DNA of 64,000 nucleotides from a virus. The position numbers and the translations under genes are program-made. Each line of letters starts with the position of its first letter. The stretch's first letter is position 1. The notes under the pieces were generated by a model that saw nothing but the letters and a program-made list of their open reading frames with translations, did not search any database and had not been told where the DNA came from. This document shows positions 30,350 through 39,711 of this stretch, one piece after another. The stretch covers positions 96,001 to 160,000 of IMG/VR virus record IMGVR_UViG_3300042389_001478; one strand, 5' to 3'.

Positions 30350-30803
30350 CAGCGTTTTGATTGTTGGTGTGTATTTCTTGGCAAGTAAGCTCTAGATTGC
30401 TGTGGAATTTTTCAAAAAATTTATCCACATAGATTCTATAGTCTTTTTGATTCCGTACTGGAATATGATAATACTTTTCAAATAGATCTTTGGTTTCAGC
30501 TAAATGTCCGTTTTCGTCTATTTCTGATACTTCTGCCTTAACATAAACCGTAATTTCATGTGGCGCATTGGTAATATGTTTAGGATGCAATATTTCCGGG
30601 TGCTTTTCGCTGAAGTCCAGGGGTTCGTCGTTATCTATATTATCTAGCTTTTTATCTTGAGCTTTTTCAAGAATTTTACCAATTTTTAGTTCGAAATTTT
30701 CGAATAGGCTTTTTTCTTCTGGGGAAAGATTTTCATAAAGTAGTCGAATCTCTTTCTCAACATCATAAGCTTCTTTATCTATTGAAGTATTTTCTTCGCT
30801 CAT
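30342..30803 (-). CDS. Hypothetical acidic protein
   Basis: Intact ORF in the operon. Confidence 0.55.
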   Translation of the reverse strand: MSEENTSIDKEAYDVEKEIRLLYENLSPEEKSLFENFELKIGKILEKAQDKKLDNIDNDEPLDFSEKHPEILHPKHITNAPHEITVYVKAEVSEIDENGHLAETKDLFEKYYHIPVRNQKDYRIYVDKFFEKFHSNLELTCQEIHTNNQNADA

Positions 30804-30811
30804 ATAATAAT

Positions 30812-31156
30812 CTATTTCTTAAAAGGTCTGAAGATACCATTTTGAGTATCTGACTTCGGACTACCCTTTTTCTTTAGTTCGTCATTTAATGAAGATGCTT
30901 GCTGGGTCATAATAGCTACACTTCTTGTTCGTGATGCGCTCTCTGTGATCATTAGATCTTTAGACTTAATTTTACCAACAGGAGAAGATGTTGTTGGAAT
31001 ACTATTGGTCTGGGTTTCAGCAATATGTATTTTATCAACCACACCCTTAACCTGCTTGTCAGTTAAAGATAATTCCTCTGCTATCTTTGTGTTATCCAAG
31101 CCCTGATGGTTTAACCACAGTACTGCATATGTTAGAGTCTTATTCATTTTAGCCAT
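30812..31156 (-). CDS. Hypothetical protein with N-terminal HTH-like motif
   Basis: GLDNTKIAEELSLTDKQV. Confidence 0.55.
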   Translation of the reverse strand: MAKMNKTLTYAVLWLNHQGLDNTKIAEELSLTDKQVKGVVDKIHIAETQTNSIPTTSSPVGKIKSKDLMITESASRTRSVAIMTQQASSLNDELKKKGSPKSDTQNGIFRPFKK

Positions 31157-31551
31157 TATTCATTCTCTCTTTCTGCGTTGTTTAGCCATGCTATATTTTT
31201 CGTATTAAGAAATTCCATATAAAACCCAAATACTTTGGCATTAACTTCTTTGAATTTACTATTGGATCTACAAACTTTATTTATGAATATGTTATCGTGT
31301 TCTTTGTCGTATATCGAAAAAGGATTTAAAAATTTCCCGTTATTACCAAGTCTTATAACATATTTAATAGATCCGTTCTTCCGAATATTCTTTTTTGCTA
31401 ATACTGATTCTCCATCGACCTCGGATCTTGAAAACCCGTTTTGATCAGTAAAGTCAGCTTTATCAGCAGTGGTAAAAAATTCAGTATCTAAAGTTTCCTC
31501 TTTTTCAGTATTGCTAAAAAGACTTTTGGGGTTGTATATGAATTCACTCAT
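31156..31551 (-). CDS. Hypothetical protein
   Basis: Intact ORF with TAATG-type coupling on both sides. Confidence 0.55.
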   Translation of the reverse strand: MSEFIYNPKSLFSNTEKEETLDTEFFTTADKADFTDQNGFSRSEVDGESVLAKKNIRKNGSIKYVIRLGNNGKFLNPFSIYDKEHDNIFINKVCRSNSKFKEVNAKVFGFYMEFLNTKNIAWLNNAERENE

Positions 31552-31904
31552 TATTTAGTCCATTTGATTTTAGTTTTTGATTTTTTAAGTCTAGACATTC
31601 CACTAGGAAGTTCTTTATTTGATTGTGTTTCTTTATAGTCGTTATGCTTATTGCTTAGTTCAATTCTCTGGTCATTGCTCATTTTGTCTCTATTTCTATT
31701 AGCGATATCTCCAATAGTAGAAAGCTCATTGTCGCTCTTCCTTACGGACGTATATAAAGAGCTAACGTCTTCTATATAGGCTCTTCTCGTATGTTTTGAG
31801 CTATGACACTCAGAGCATTCCATCTCCTCTTTATAATCCTTAATACTACAAAAGATCTCAAATTTGATCTTGCACTTATCGCAAAAATATGAATATGATG
31901 GCAT
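31551..31904 (-). CDS. FmdB-family zinc-ribbon protein
   Basis: MPSYSYFCDKCKIKFE...CSECHS; start moved to 31904. Confidence 0.8.
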   Translation of the reverse strand: MPSYSYFCDKCKIKFEIFCSIKDYKEEMECSECHSSKHTRRAYIEDVSSLYTSVRKSDNELSTIGDIANRNRDKMSNDQRIELSNKHNDYKETQSNKELPSGMSRLKKSKTKIKWTK

Positions 31905-32485
31905 TATAGATATGATTCCGGCAAATAAACCGACCACTCCAATGGTATGTCTGACCTTATCCTAAGAAGCATGTGTGTTATTGGCAAGTACTTTGGACTC
32001 TTATTTGGTGCCACAGGCAAATTTTGAAGAGGCATGTTGGCTTGTTTTGGGGTTCTATTTCTTTTTTTCCTATTACATTCCACACAAGCTGTTACTATAT
32101 TTGTCCATGTTGTTGGAGATTCTGAATTTCCTCGAAATACCGACTTAGGAATAACATGATCATAAGTTAATTTACTAAGATCTTTTTTTTCTCCACAATA
32201 TTGGCAAGTATAGTTATCTCGTATAAATAAATTCTTTCTTGAAAAATTTACTTTTTGATTATTAACTCTGAAATACTTAGCTGTTTTGACTATGCATGGT
32301 ATGGGGAATTTTTTATTATTGACACCGCAAATATAGTCATCTTTATAGAAATCAATTATCTCAATTCCTTGAGTATCATCGTTTTCATATTTGATATACC
32401 AAGTAAGGGCTTTTTTCCAATCAATAATCCCCAGAGGTGTACAATCCGCATTAAGTACAAGGCATCTACTATTTTCTGGTCTCAT
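31904..32485 (-). CDS. HNH endonuclease (McrA-like)
   Basis: LVLNAD; RDNYTCQYCG...LTYDHVIPKS...WTNIVTACVECNRKK. Start moved to 32485. Confidence 0.9.
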   Translation of the reverse strand: MRPENSRCLVLNADCTPLGIIDWKKALTWYIKYENDDTQGIEIIDFYKDDYICGVNNKKFPIPCIVKTAKYFRVNNQKVNFSRKNLFIRDNYTCQYCGEKKDLSKLTYDHVIPKSVFRGNSESPTTWTNIVTACVECNRKKRNRTPKQANMPLQNLPVAPNKSPKYLPITHMLLRIRSDIPLEWSVYLPESYL

Positions 32486-33206
32486 TTTGGTTTTCGTAAG
32501 TATCAAGTCTACTAAGAATTCTAGCAATAATTGGGTGTCTAACAATATCAGAAAACTGAAGTCTCGAAACACCGATACCTTCAATTCCTTCTAGTTGTTC
32601 TATCATCTCATAAAAACCGCCCTGTAAATGTCTTTGTAAATCTGACTGACTAATATCTCCAGTTAGTACCATCTTGCTTTCCTTGCCAAGTCTGGTAATT
32701 AACATTTTGAGTTGTTCATAAGAAGCATTTTGACATTCATCTGCTATGATAAAACAATTATTAAAATTTCTACCTCTCATCAAGCCCAATGGAACAATTT
32801 CAATTTTATTATTTAGTTTCAATGATGTATAATGAGAAAGCGGTATGAAATGATTTATTTCATCTAGAATAGGCAGTAGATATGGGTGTAATTTCGAGTC
32901 AGCATCTCCTGGTAAAAATCCTATTTTTTCACCTGCTTCAACGACAGGTCTTGTAATAATAATTTTTTTGACTTTCTCATCAAGCAGATGTTCTATGGCT
33001 AGCCCAACAGCACAATGCGTCTTACCGCTACCAGCAACGCCCTGGCAAAACGTTATGCTGTTTTCTAATATTATTCTGAGATATTCTTTTTGATTATCTG
33101 TTCTAGGCTTGAGCCTATTTCTGTATATCTCCGGAACTGGCTGTAGACTATTAGTTGCATCGACTACCTTGGTCTTTTTATTAGACCTTTTATTAGTTTT
33201 TCTCAA
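32469..33206 (-). CDS. phoH: PhoH-like ATPase
   Basis: GVAGSGKT, RPVVEAGEKIGFLPGD, MRGRNF, IADECQN, GDISQSD. Probable TTG start at 33206. Confidence 0.93.
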   Translation of the reverse strand: MRKTNKRSNKKTKVVDATNSLQPVPEIYRNRLKPRTDNQKEYLRIILENSITFCQGVAGSGKTHCAVGLAIEHLLDEKVKKIIITRPVVEAGEKIGFLPGDADSKLHPYLLPILDEINHFIPLSHYTSLKLNNKIEIVPLGLMRGRNFNNCFIIADECQNASYEQLKMLITRLGKESKMVLTGDISQSDLQRHLQGGFYEMIEQLEGIEGIGVSRLQFSDIVRHPIIARILSRLDTYENQNETRK

Positions 33207-33253
33207 AGTTTGGCCCTTCTTAATAAGTAAGAACGTCAACGCCATTACCGTTA

Positions 33254-33679
33254 TTATACACCGCTTGAGCCAAATCCTCCTATTCCCCTGCTAGACTGCT
33301 GTAATTCAACAGTTTCTTCAAAACTCATATTATAGTGAGCCTCTATTATCAATTGAGCTATCCTGTCGCCGCTTTTGATGTTGAGGGAGTTGGATCCCGT
33401 ATTCAACAATAGAACACACAACTCACCCCTGTAGGATGAATCTATAACTCCAGCCAGTACATCTATACCATTTTTAAATGCAAGGCCAGACCTAGGAGCA
33501 ATTCGCCCATAATATCCTTCTGGAATTTCTATGCTTAGTCCAGTTTTAATCAGAACTCTAGACATTGGTAATAATTCAATATCCACAATAGAGAACAGGT
33601 CTGCACCAGCATCGGTAGAATTAGCCCTTAATGGCACAATGGCTTTAGGATCTAGTTTTTTATATTTGATGGTGTTCAT
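33254..33679 (-). CDS. dut: dUTPase (trimeric)
   Basis: AGADL, RIAPRSGLA, GVIDSSYRGE, GDRIAQL, RGIGGFGSSG. Confidence 0.97.
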   Translation of the reverse strand: MNTIKYKKLDPKAIVPLRANSTDAGADLFSIVDIELLPMSRVLIKTGLSIEIPEGYYGRIAPRSGLAFKNGIDVLAGVIDSSYRGELCVLLLNTGSNSLNIKSGDRIAQLIIEAHYNMSFEETVELQQSSRGIGGFGSSGV

Positions 33680-35872
33680 TTATAGGAGACATGCTCCGCC
33701 CGCACAACTGATTTCTTCAATGCCTGCTGTATTATCTTCTGTTTCAGAAAGCTGGGTATAGTCAACCTTTTTAAAATTATCAAATAGATCACAGTAAATC
33801 TTCCAATTATAAACATCTTTCATACAATAGGTTAATCTCTTAATATCTCCTTCAAAATATTTCCCAGCAAAATTTTGCATCTTAGTCATAAACTTTAATT
33901 TGTTGTCTCCATCATCTTCTTTTGCTTGATTCATCGAAACATAATCACAGGCTGCCCATAGATTATTATTGAATGCATTTAGTCCAAGCTCAATCAAACC
34001 AGAGCACCATAACGCAGCATCTCCGTACTCTTTAACGATCTCTCTACTCGTATAAACTGTTGTAAATGGAGCTTGTGGATAATCTTTGTCTCCGCTTTGT
34101 GGAATCAAAGATATTCCTGCAAAATATTTTCGGTTGTCATAAATATATTTGGTCACAGAATCCCACTCCTCTGGTTTAACTGTGACAGTATTGCTTACAT
34201 TATGACTAAGATACTCCTGAGTGCATAACGATCTATTTTTGCCAGATTGCACCCAGTTCTTTTGGGTGTCCTTAACTACTTTGAGCATCTCTACCGCAGG
34301 TAGCTGATTTTTAAGCTTAGCTCCATCTGGAACTTCTATTGGAAACTTAACTACTTCATCAGTATTATTTGCTGACCAAACGGATTTTTCACAGGCTTGC
34401 GGATTAAATTTTTTAAAGTGTTGATATGGAGCCTCAAGAATATTAGCCTGTACATGACGAATATATCTTTTAGCATGATGGGGGTGGATACCGGAACTGG
34501 TTCCCAACATACTAGAAGAAGTACCCTCTGGCTTTAAACACGTTACTCGGGCAGCCTGATTAATATTGATCTTTAATGCAATTTTTTTATTTATTTCTAC
34601 GGCAATCTTCGCCCCCTTAGTTAAGACTTTTTCTGATAAGACAAGCTCATGTTTTTCCATTGTGCCCGTTAGTGATACGCCAAGAAGAGCTTCTCTTTCA
34701 AAAATTCTTTGACTGGTTTCTCCTAGATAGTCTAGTTTAGTAAAGCCAGCTTGAAGTGTCCCTATAATAGCTGCGGCTCGGCATGATTCATAGAAATCTT
34801 CTTCGTCTGTTACTGACGAACAGTTAATTGTTGAAAGATTGCACCCTTGCCATCCTGACTTATTCGTCTTTTCATCAATAGGCCACATGCCAATTTCTAC
34901 ACATGGATTAAAAATCATTTCTGTTGATTCACTCCAAATGAAACCCGGCTCTCCAAATTCTTTCACAGATTGCATAAGTGTGGAAAATTCTTCAAAAGAT
35001 GTTGAATCCTTCAGCAATAGTGCGGAATTGTTGCTTCTCGCTCTTTGTGGATTGTCTATATACCAATTGCCCGTTTTAGCTTTTGCCATTTCCTCATCAT
35101 CATGACTAAATAGCGCTAGTGAGGCGCTTCGACGCACCCCTCCAGACAATACAGCATCGCTACTATGCATTACGATATCGTATGCATCTATGGGTCTTAG
35201 TTTCTTTTGGCCGTCTTTAAGACATCTGTCTAGAAGTGTGCGAATTTTTTCCAAACCATTGGCCAATGGTTCATAACCAGGAGCTTTTCCTACTCCAGAA
35301 GCTAATGCTGCACCCTTTGGTCTAATGCTTGAATAATCGAATACTATGTGACTATTCTTGTACTGCTTAAATTCATCCACCGGCTTGCTAAAATATGAGC
35401 TTAATAAAACACCCAGAGCATTTGACCATCCTTCAATACTATCTTCAATCAAATACTTTGTAGCCTGTCCGTCTTCGACCTCATGTTCTAGTGATGGAAG
35501 TTTAGATACATGATGTTTTTGTACACTAAATCCCGTGCCGCTACCGCATAGCAATAGCCAAAAACATTCTTGAAAGAATCTTAGTCTATCGCAGTATGAG
35601 CTAGTGCAGTTATAAATTTTGGCGTGTCTCTTTAGAATGGGGTCTCCGCCAAACTGCAAAGCTCTTTGGCTCCCCAAAACTTTTTTCTTATACATCATAT
35701 CATAAGCCCAGTCGATTTCTTCGGAAATCCCAAAAGAATCATACTGTGTGTGCATCATCTCTCTTACTCTATCAACAGCTTCTTTCCAGGTCTCTCGTCT
35801 ATTTTGATCACTTAACCATCTAGCGTATTTGCTGACAAAGGTGTAGTTTTGAAGCTCTTGTAGTGCTGACAT
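33680..35872 (-). CDS. nrdJ: Class II (adenosylcobalamin-dependent) ribonucleotide reductase, monomeric RTPR type
   Basis: GSGTGFSV, GGVRRSA, NPCVEI, CNLSTIN, TCLKPEGTSS, C-terminal CAGGAC. Confidence 0.92.
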   Translation of the reverse strand: MSALQELQNYTFVSKYARWLSDQNRRETWKEAVDRVREMMHTQYDSFGISEEIDWAYDMMYKKKVLGSQRALQFGGDPILKRHAKIYNCTSSYCDRLRFFQECFWLLLCGSGTGFSVQKHHVSKLPSLEHEVEDGQATKYLIEDSIEGWSNALGVLLSSYFSKPVDEFKQYKNSHIVFDYSSIRPKGAALASGVGKAPGYEPLANGLEKIRTLLDRCLKDGQKKLRPIDAYDIVMHSSDAVLSGGVRRSASLALFSHDDEEMAKAKTGNWYIDNPQRARSNNSALLLKDSTSFEEFSTLMQSVKEFGEPGFIWSESTEMIFNPCVEIGMWPIDEKTNKSGWQGCNLSTINCSSVTDEEDFYESCRAAAIIGTLQAGFTKLDYLGETSQRIFEREALLGVSLTGTMEKHELVLSEKVLTKGAKIAVEINKKIALKININQAARVTCLKPEGTSSSMLGTSSGIHPHHAKRYIRHVQANILEAPYQHFKKFNPQACEKSVWSANNTDEVVKFPIEVPDGAKLKNQLPAVEMLKVVKDTQKNWVQSGKNRSLCTQEYLSHNVSNTVTVKPEEWDSVTKYIYDNRKYFAGISLIPQSGDKDYPQAPFTTVYTSREIVKEYGDAALWCSGLIELGLNAFNNNLWAACDYVSMNQAKEDDGDNKLKFMTKMQNFAGKYFEGDIKRLTYCMKDVYNWKIYCDLFDNFKKVDYTQLSETEDNTAGIEEISCAGGACLL

Positions 35873-35973
35873 TTTTTCTCCTAGAGATTATTGAATTAAC
35901 TATTGATATGATGCTATACACCATGCGACCATGTAGTATCCTAACGCAATCAATGTTATTGTAAAGAAAAAAC

Positions 35974-36777
35974 TTATTGTCTTGGAACAGTGTGCGGCTG
36001 GTCTATTCGTTTGTTAAATGCTAGACTTTTCCATAGACCATCTTGATATTTATTTTCGTCACCACAATCAAAAAGAGACAAGGATTTAGAGATATCAGAA
36101 ATTAATCCTGGCCACATTTCTAAACTTAATAAATGATTATGCGGCTTATGCCAATTTTCATTTTGTAAAAGATTAGCATCAAACCAAAAAAAAGTACCAG
36201 AATAATGAAATTTGCTATTAAAATAACAGTCACGGGTGGTTCTTAAGCAGCCAACGAATTCGTATCGATTTGATTCTATTTGTGGTTTGACAAGATTATG
36301 GAATAGGTCTATATTATATTTCCATAACGTGTTTACCCAGCAAGTCATTGCATAATTTTTTTCTGGATGACTACATCCTTTAGCATGACCAAAGAATACG
36401 AAATTTTTACTTTGGTCTTTTTTCAAAAGACTAGACATTAAAGGTGCTGATTTATAAAAAAAATGTTCTGATTCTTTTAGTTTATCAGAGTTTGATACTG
36501 GTATAATATAAATATCAGAAGATTTAAAAATATCGACTACTTTTTGAAAGATGCGATTATTATGAAATTCATTATCGGGGGACGATACTGTTATGATTTT
36601 GTATCCATTAAAAATATTTAGACTATTTTTTAGTTTTTCTATTGCATAATGTGTTTTTTCGTGATCTAAGCAATAGATATGGAATATTAGATGATAATTT
36701 ATCGCACTTTCATCTTTTTGGGATAATTCTATAAAACTGTCTTTTTGTTTTTTTTTACAAAAATATTTAAATATCAT
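35974..36777 (-). CDS. Hypothetical glycosylation-associated protein
   Basis: VFFGHAKG...FHYSGTFFWFD...EMWPG; adjacent to GT2 genes. Confidence 0.5.
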   Translation of the reverse strand: MIFKYFCKKKQKDSFIELSQKDESAINYHLIFHIYCLDHEKTHYAIEKLKNSLNIFNGYKIITVSSPDNEFHNNRIFQKVVDIFKSSDIYIIPVSNSDKLKESEHFFYKSAPLMSSLLKKDQSKNFVFFGHAKGCSHPEKNYAMTCWVNTLWKYNIDLFHNLVKPQIESNRYEFVGCLRTTRDCYFNSKFHYSGTFFWFDANLLQNENWHKPHNHLLSLEMWPGLISDISKSLSLFDCGDENKYQDGLWKSLAFNKRIDQPHTVPRQ

Positions 36778-36779
36778 AG

Positions 36780-38579
36780 TTAATATAGTTCATAGAATTG
36801 ATCTAAAGAAATAATATTGAGTATCTCTTGTCGATTATTATCAAAATATTCCCAATTATTTACTATTTCTTCAATCTTTAAAGCATCATATGTTTTCTGT
36901 GATCCGGGACGTACTACGCCAACTCCCCAGTCGGTATCAATAACACTAACTGTTAGATCCGGTCTTGTGCATCTTAGTTTGGCTATAGATTTCCAAACAT
37001 CTCCATTCCATAGTCCTGTAACGCGAGGTATTAGCTGTAGTTCATATTCTGGTGGATTACAATCATGAACAATAATAGTTCCATTCTGATTCAAGTGCTT
37101 AATAGAGTTGATTATGTCCTTATCTACCTGTATTGAATTATGCAATCCGTCTACAAAAATAATATCATATTTCTGGTTTTCGGGTATTGATGAAAAAAAT
37201 TTATCAGAAGACATGCGGTAGTTGATTTCCGGAACAAAGATTCCACCCACCTCAGACCCAGGAGATGGATCAACGCCGTCTTTGTGAGGGATTTCAATTT
37301 GACGAATGCACAAGCCATCATTAACGCCAATTTCTAAATATCTGGTATATTGATTTTTTTTAATCAAATAGTTTATTATATCCCATCTTTGTGTGCCAAC
37401 CCTATTAAGGTATTTCTCGATTGTATATTTTTTACCCACTTTTTGTTTTTCTATTGTACTCAAACTATTAATCTTAAATAATAAATTATTTATTTTATAT
37501 AATCCAATTTTATTAATTTTATGAATAATTTTTTGTATATTCTTAATGTTTTCTATATCTTCTGGATCAACTTTCTCGCAGTCTATCATCACTATGTTAG
37601 TGGTCTGATTTGATTGCAAATAATTAATATCTGTATGTAGTTTATTTTTAAGGATTATTTTTGTATTTAATTGTTCCTTGTTGATATATTCATCAATAAG
37701 TTTTGTAGCATATGGGTCGTCTATAGAAATATTTTGTGCGAACGGCTCCAAAAATGAGATGGATTCAAGAGAGCAATTTTTAGCAACTATTGAAACGTCG
37801 TATGTGGAATCTTCTGTTATAGAGCCCCATTTTCTTATATAGTTTCTAATGCTTTGATTTTCTATTTTTTCAGTACTGTCTTTGTACTCTTCAGAAAACC
37901 TAGAGGTTTTTGATATGAAATGATAACACAGAGAGTCCGAGCAAGTAAAGCAACTGATATTTTCCAGCATCTTTAATCTTTTAATAAGATCGTCGTCTTC
38001 TCGAAAAAACGGAGAAAAAAGATTATCAAATCCATCTATATGTAAAAACACTTTCCTGGATAAAGCCATAAAAAAGGTAATACCCGGCTCTGTTTTGTCT
38101 TTATCCTTTTCTATGGTAGATTTTGCAAACTGTTCGAATTTTGTTCTATTAAAAGTTGTTAGAGTATCTCCACAGTCGTAAATAATTTTTCCTGGTCTTG
38201 AATGATGTCCAAAAAGAGGATGCTCTATAGTAGTATATGATACAACATTGTTGGGGGTCAAATGTTTTGATAAATTTTCTAAAAAACTAGAATATAAAAT
38301 AATATCATTGTGTAAAAAAACTATGTATTCTTTTGTTGCTATCTGAACAGCTTTATTATATGTGTCAGAAAAAGATTTAGACTTATCATTGGCATAGAAT
38401 ATTTTTACATTAAAATCCGAAAGAGAGATTTTTTCTAGCCACTCGTTAGTTCCATCTGTGGAGTCATAGCTAGCAAAACATATCTCAGTATCTGGATAAA
38501 GATTTCTTGTTGTTGTATAGAATGACTCTGTGTATTCAAGGTTATTTTTTATAGCAACTAATAAAGAAATATTATTCAT
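36780..38579 (-). CDS. GT2 glycosyltransferase fused to a class I SAM-dependent methyltransferase
   Basis: N-terminal YDSTDGT, VFLHNDI, FREDDDL; C-terminal YLEIGVNDG, DIIFVDGLH, IIVHDC. Confidence 0.85.
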   Translation of the reverse strand: MNNISLLVAIKNNLEYTESFYTTTRNLYPDTEICFASYDSTDGTNEWLEKISLSDFNVKIFYANDKSKSFSDTYNKAVQIATKEYIVFLHNDIILYSSFLENLSKHLTPNNVVSYTTIEHPLFGHHSRPGKIIYDCGDTLTTFNRTKFEQFAKSTIEKDKDKTEPGITFFMALSRKVFLHIDGFDNLFSPFFREDDDLIKRLKMLENISCFTCSDSLCYHFISKTSRFSEEYKDSTEKIENQSIRNYIRKWGSITEDSTYDVSIVAKNCSLESISFLEPFAQNISIDDPYATKLIDEYINKEQLNTKIILKNKLHTDINYLQSNQTTNIVMIDCEKVDPEDIENIKNIQKIIHKINKIGLYKINNLLFKINSLSTIEKQKVGKKYTIEKYLNRVGTQRWDIINYLIKKNQYTRYLEIGVNDGLCIRQIEIPHKDGVDPSPGSEVGGIFVPEINYRMSSDKFFSSIPENQKYDIIFVDGLHNSIQVDKDIINSIKHLNQNGTIIVHDCNPPEYELQLIPRVTGLWNGDVWKSIAKLRCTRPDLTVSVIDTDWGVGVVRPGSQKTYDALKIEEIVNNWEYFDNNRQEILNIISLDQFYELY

Positions 38580-38582
38580 GAC

Positions 38583-39212
38583 TTATTTGATCTGATCATA
38601 TAAAGTATTTTGTAGTCTTTGTTTATCTATGTGTTTTTTATGTAAAATAGCAACTTTGCCATCATCGGAGATGACTGCGCTAGATTTGAAGCCTACTAGG
38701 TGCTCGTGTACAGGGCCCATCCATTGTATTTCTCCATTATTCTTATAGATTCTGGGTTGATAATCTGGCCAGTTTACCCAACCTCTCTCATTAACGTTCC
38801 ATGACCATTTTTTAATATCTTCTTCTGTTAATCCATCAACAATATTAATACGTGGAAGATAATATAAATCTATATCATTGCAAGCTATCTCTTTTCTTAA
38901 TGCCTGAATAGCATCCAAATGCATTTCTTCATCAGCATCAAAATTAAAAATATATGGCTGAGATGCTTGGCTAGTCATATAGTTTTTAAGTTCAGCAAAA
39001 TTATTTTTAAAATGGAAAGTGCTGTATTTATTAGAGTATCTCTGGCAAATTTCTTCTATAAGCTTATAATTGTCTGTTTCTTTTTCGGATTCGTCTCTGT
39101 ATGTTTGAATAATGACTAGTTCATCATTATCTTTTTTAGCACCATTAAGTAGCGTTATTAGCTTGATAATCTCTTTGGTTTCATTATATACTGTAACACA
39201 ATATGAGATCAT
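38583..39212 (-). CDS. Glycosyltransferase family 2
   Basis: ISYCVTVYNE; FNFDADE (DxD); WPDYQPRIY; VHE. Confidence 0.85.
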   Translation of the reverse strand: MISYCVTVYNETKEIIKLITLLNGAKKDNDELVIIQTYRDESEKETDNYKLIEEICQRYSNKYSTFHFKNNFAELKNYMTSQASQPYIFNFDADEEMHLDAIQALRKEIACNDIDLYYLPRINIVDGLTEEDIKKWSWNVNERGWVNWPDYQPRIYKNNGEIQWMGPVHEHLVGFKSSAVISDDGKVAILHKKHIDKQRLQNTLYDQIK

Positions 39213-39670
39213 ATTTTAATATTCCTAATCCATGATAAATCTGGGTCAATATATTCTATATTAATTCCGCTCATTTGTATGAACAAGTGGAATCTTTTTT
39301 GGTGTTCATCATCAAACAGATGAGTTCCGTGGTTTTTCCTCATAAATACTTTGGTAATGCCTTCTTGCCATAGAGCCATGATACAATCATTGCAGCATTG
39401 ACCAGTAACATATGCTATTCCATTTTCTGGTCTTATGGCGCAGTTTGAGAGGGCGTTCCTTTCCGCATGAATCATCCAAGGGTATTTATCTGGTCTGGTA
39501 TTTGGTAACTTGGTATCGTCTAATCCTTTTGGGAATCCATTATATCCTACTCCCAAGATCCTGTTCATGGAATCGGTTATAACACATCCATGTTGTGTTT
39601 GTATGTCGTGGCTACGAGCCGATATGGCGTGCGCCAGTCCTATAAAGTATTCCTGCCAGTTTGGTCTCAT
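39209..39670 (-). CDS. dCMP deaminase
   Basis: GVGYNGFPKG, IHAERNA, CCNDC (zinc motif). Start moved to MRPNW at 39670. Confidence 0.92.
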   Translation of the reverse strand: MRPNWQEYFIGLAHAISARSHDIQTQHGCVITDSMNRILGVGYNGFPKGLDDTKLPNTRPDKYPWMIHAERNALSNCAIRPENGIAYVTGQCCNDCIMALWQEGITKVFMRKNHGTHLFDDEHQKRFHLFIQMSGINIEYIDPDLSWIRNIKI

Positions 39671-39711
39671 GGAATATGATAGCGAGGCCAATGAACAAAG
39701 CAAGCGGATCT

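Noticed and set aside
19010-35872. Inteins or introns in dnaE, dnaB, recA or nrdJ
   Set aside because: Lengths and motif spacing are normal, with no intein terminal motifs or embedded endonucleases. The DnaE halves lack split-intein sequences.
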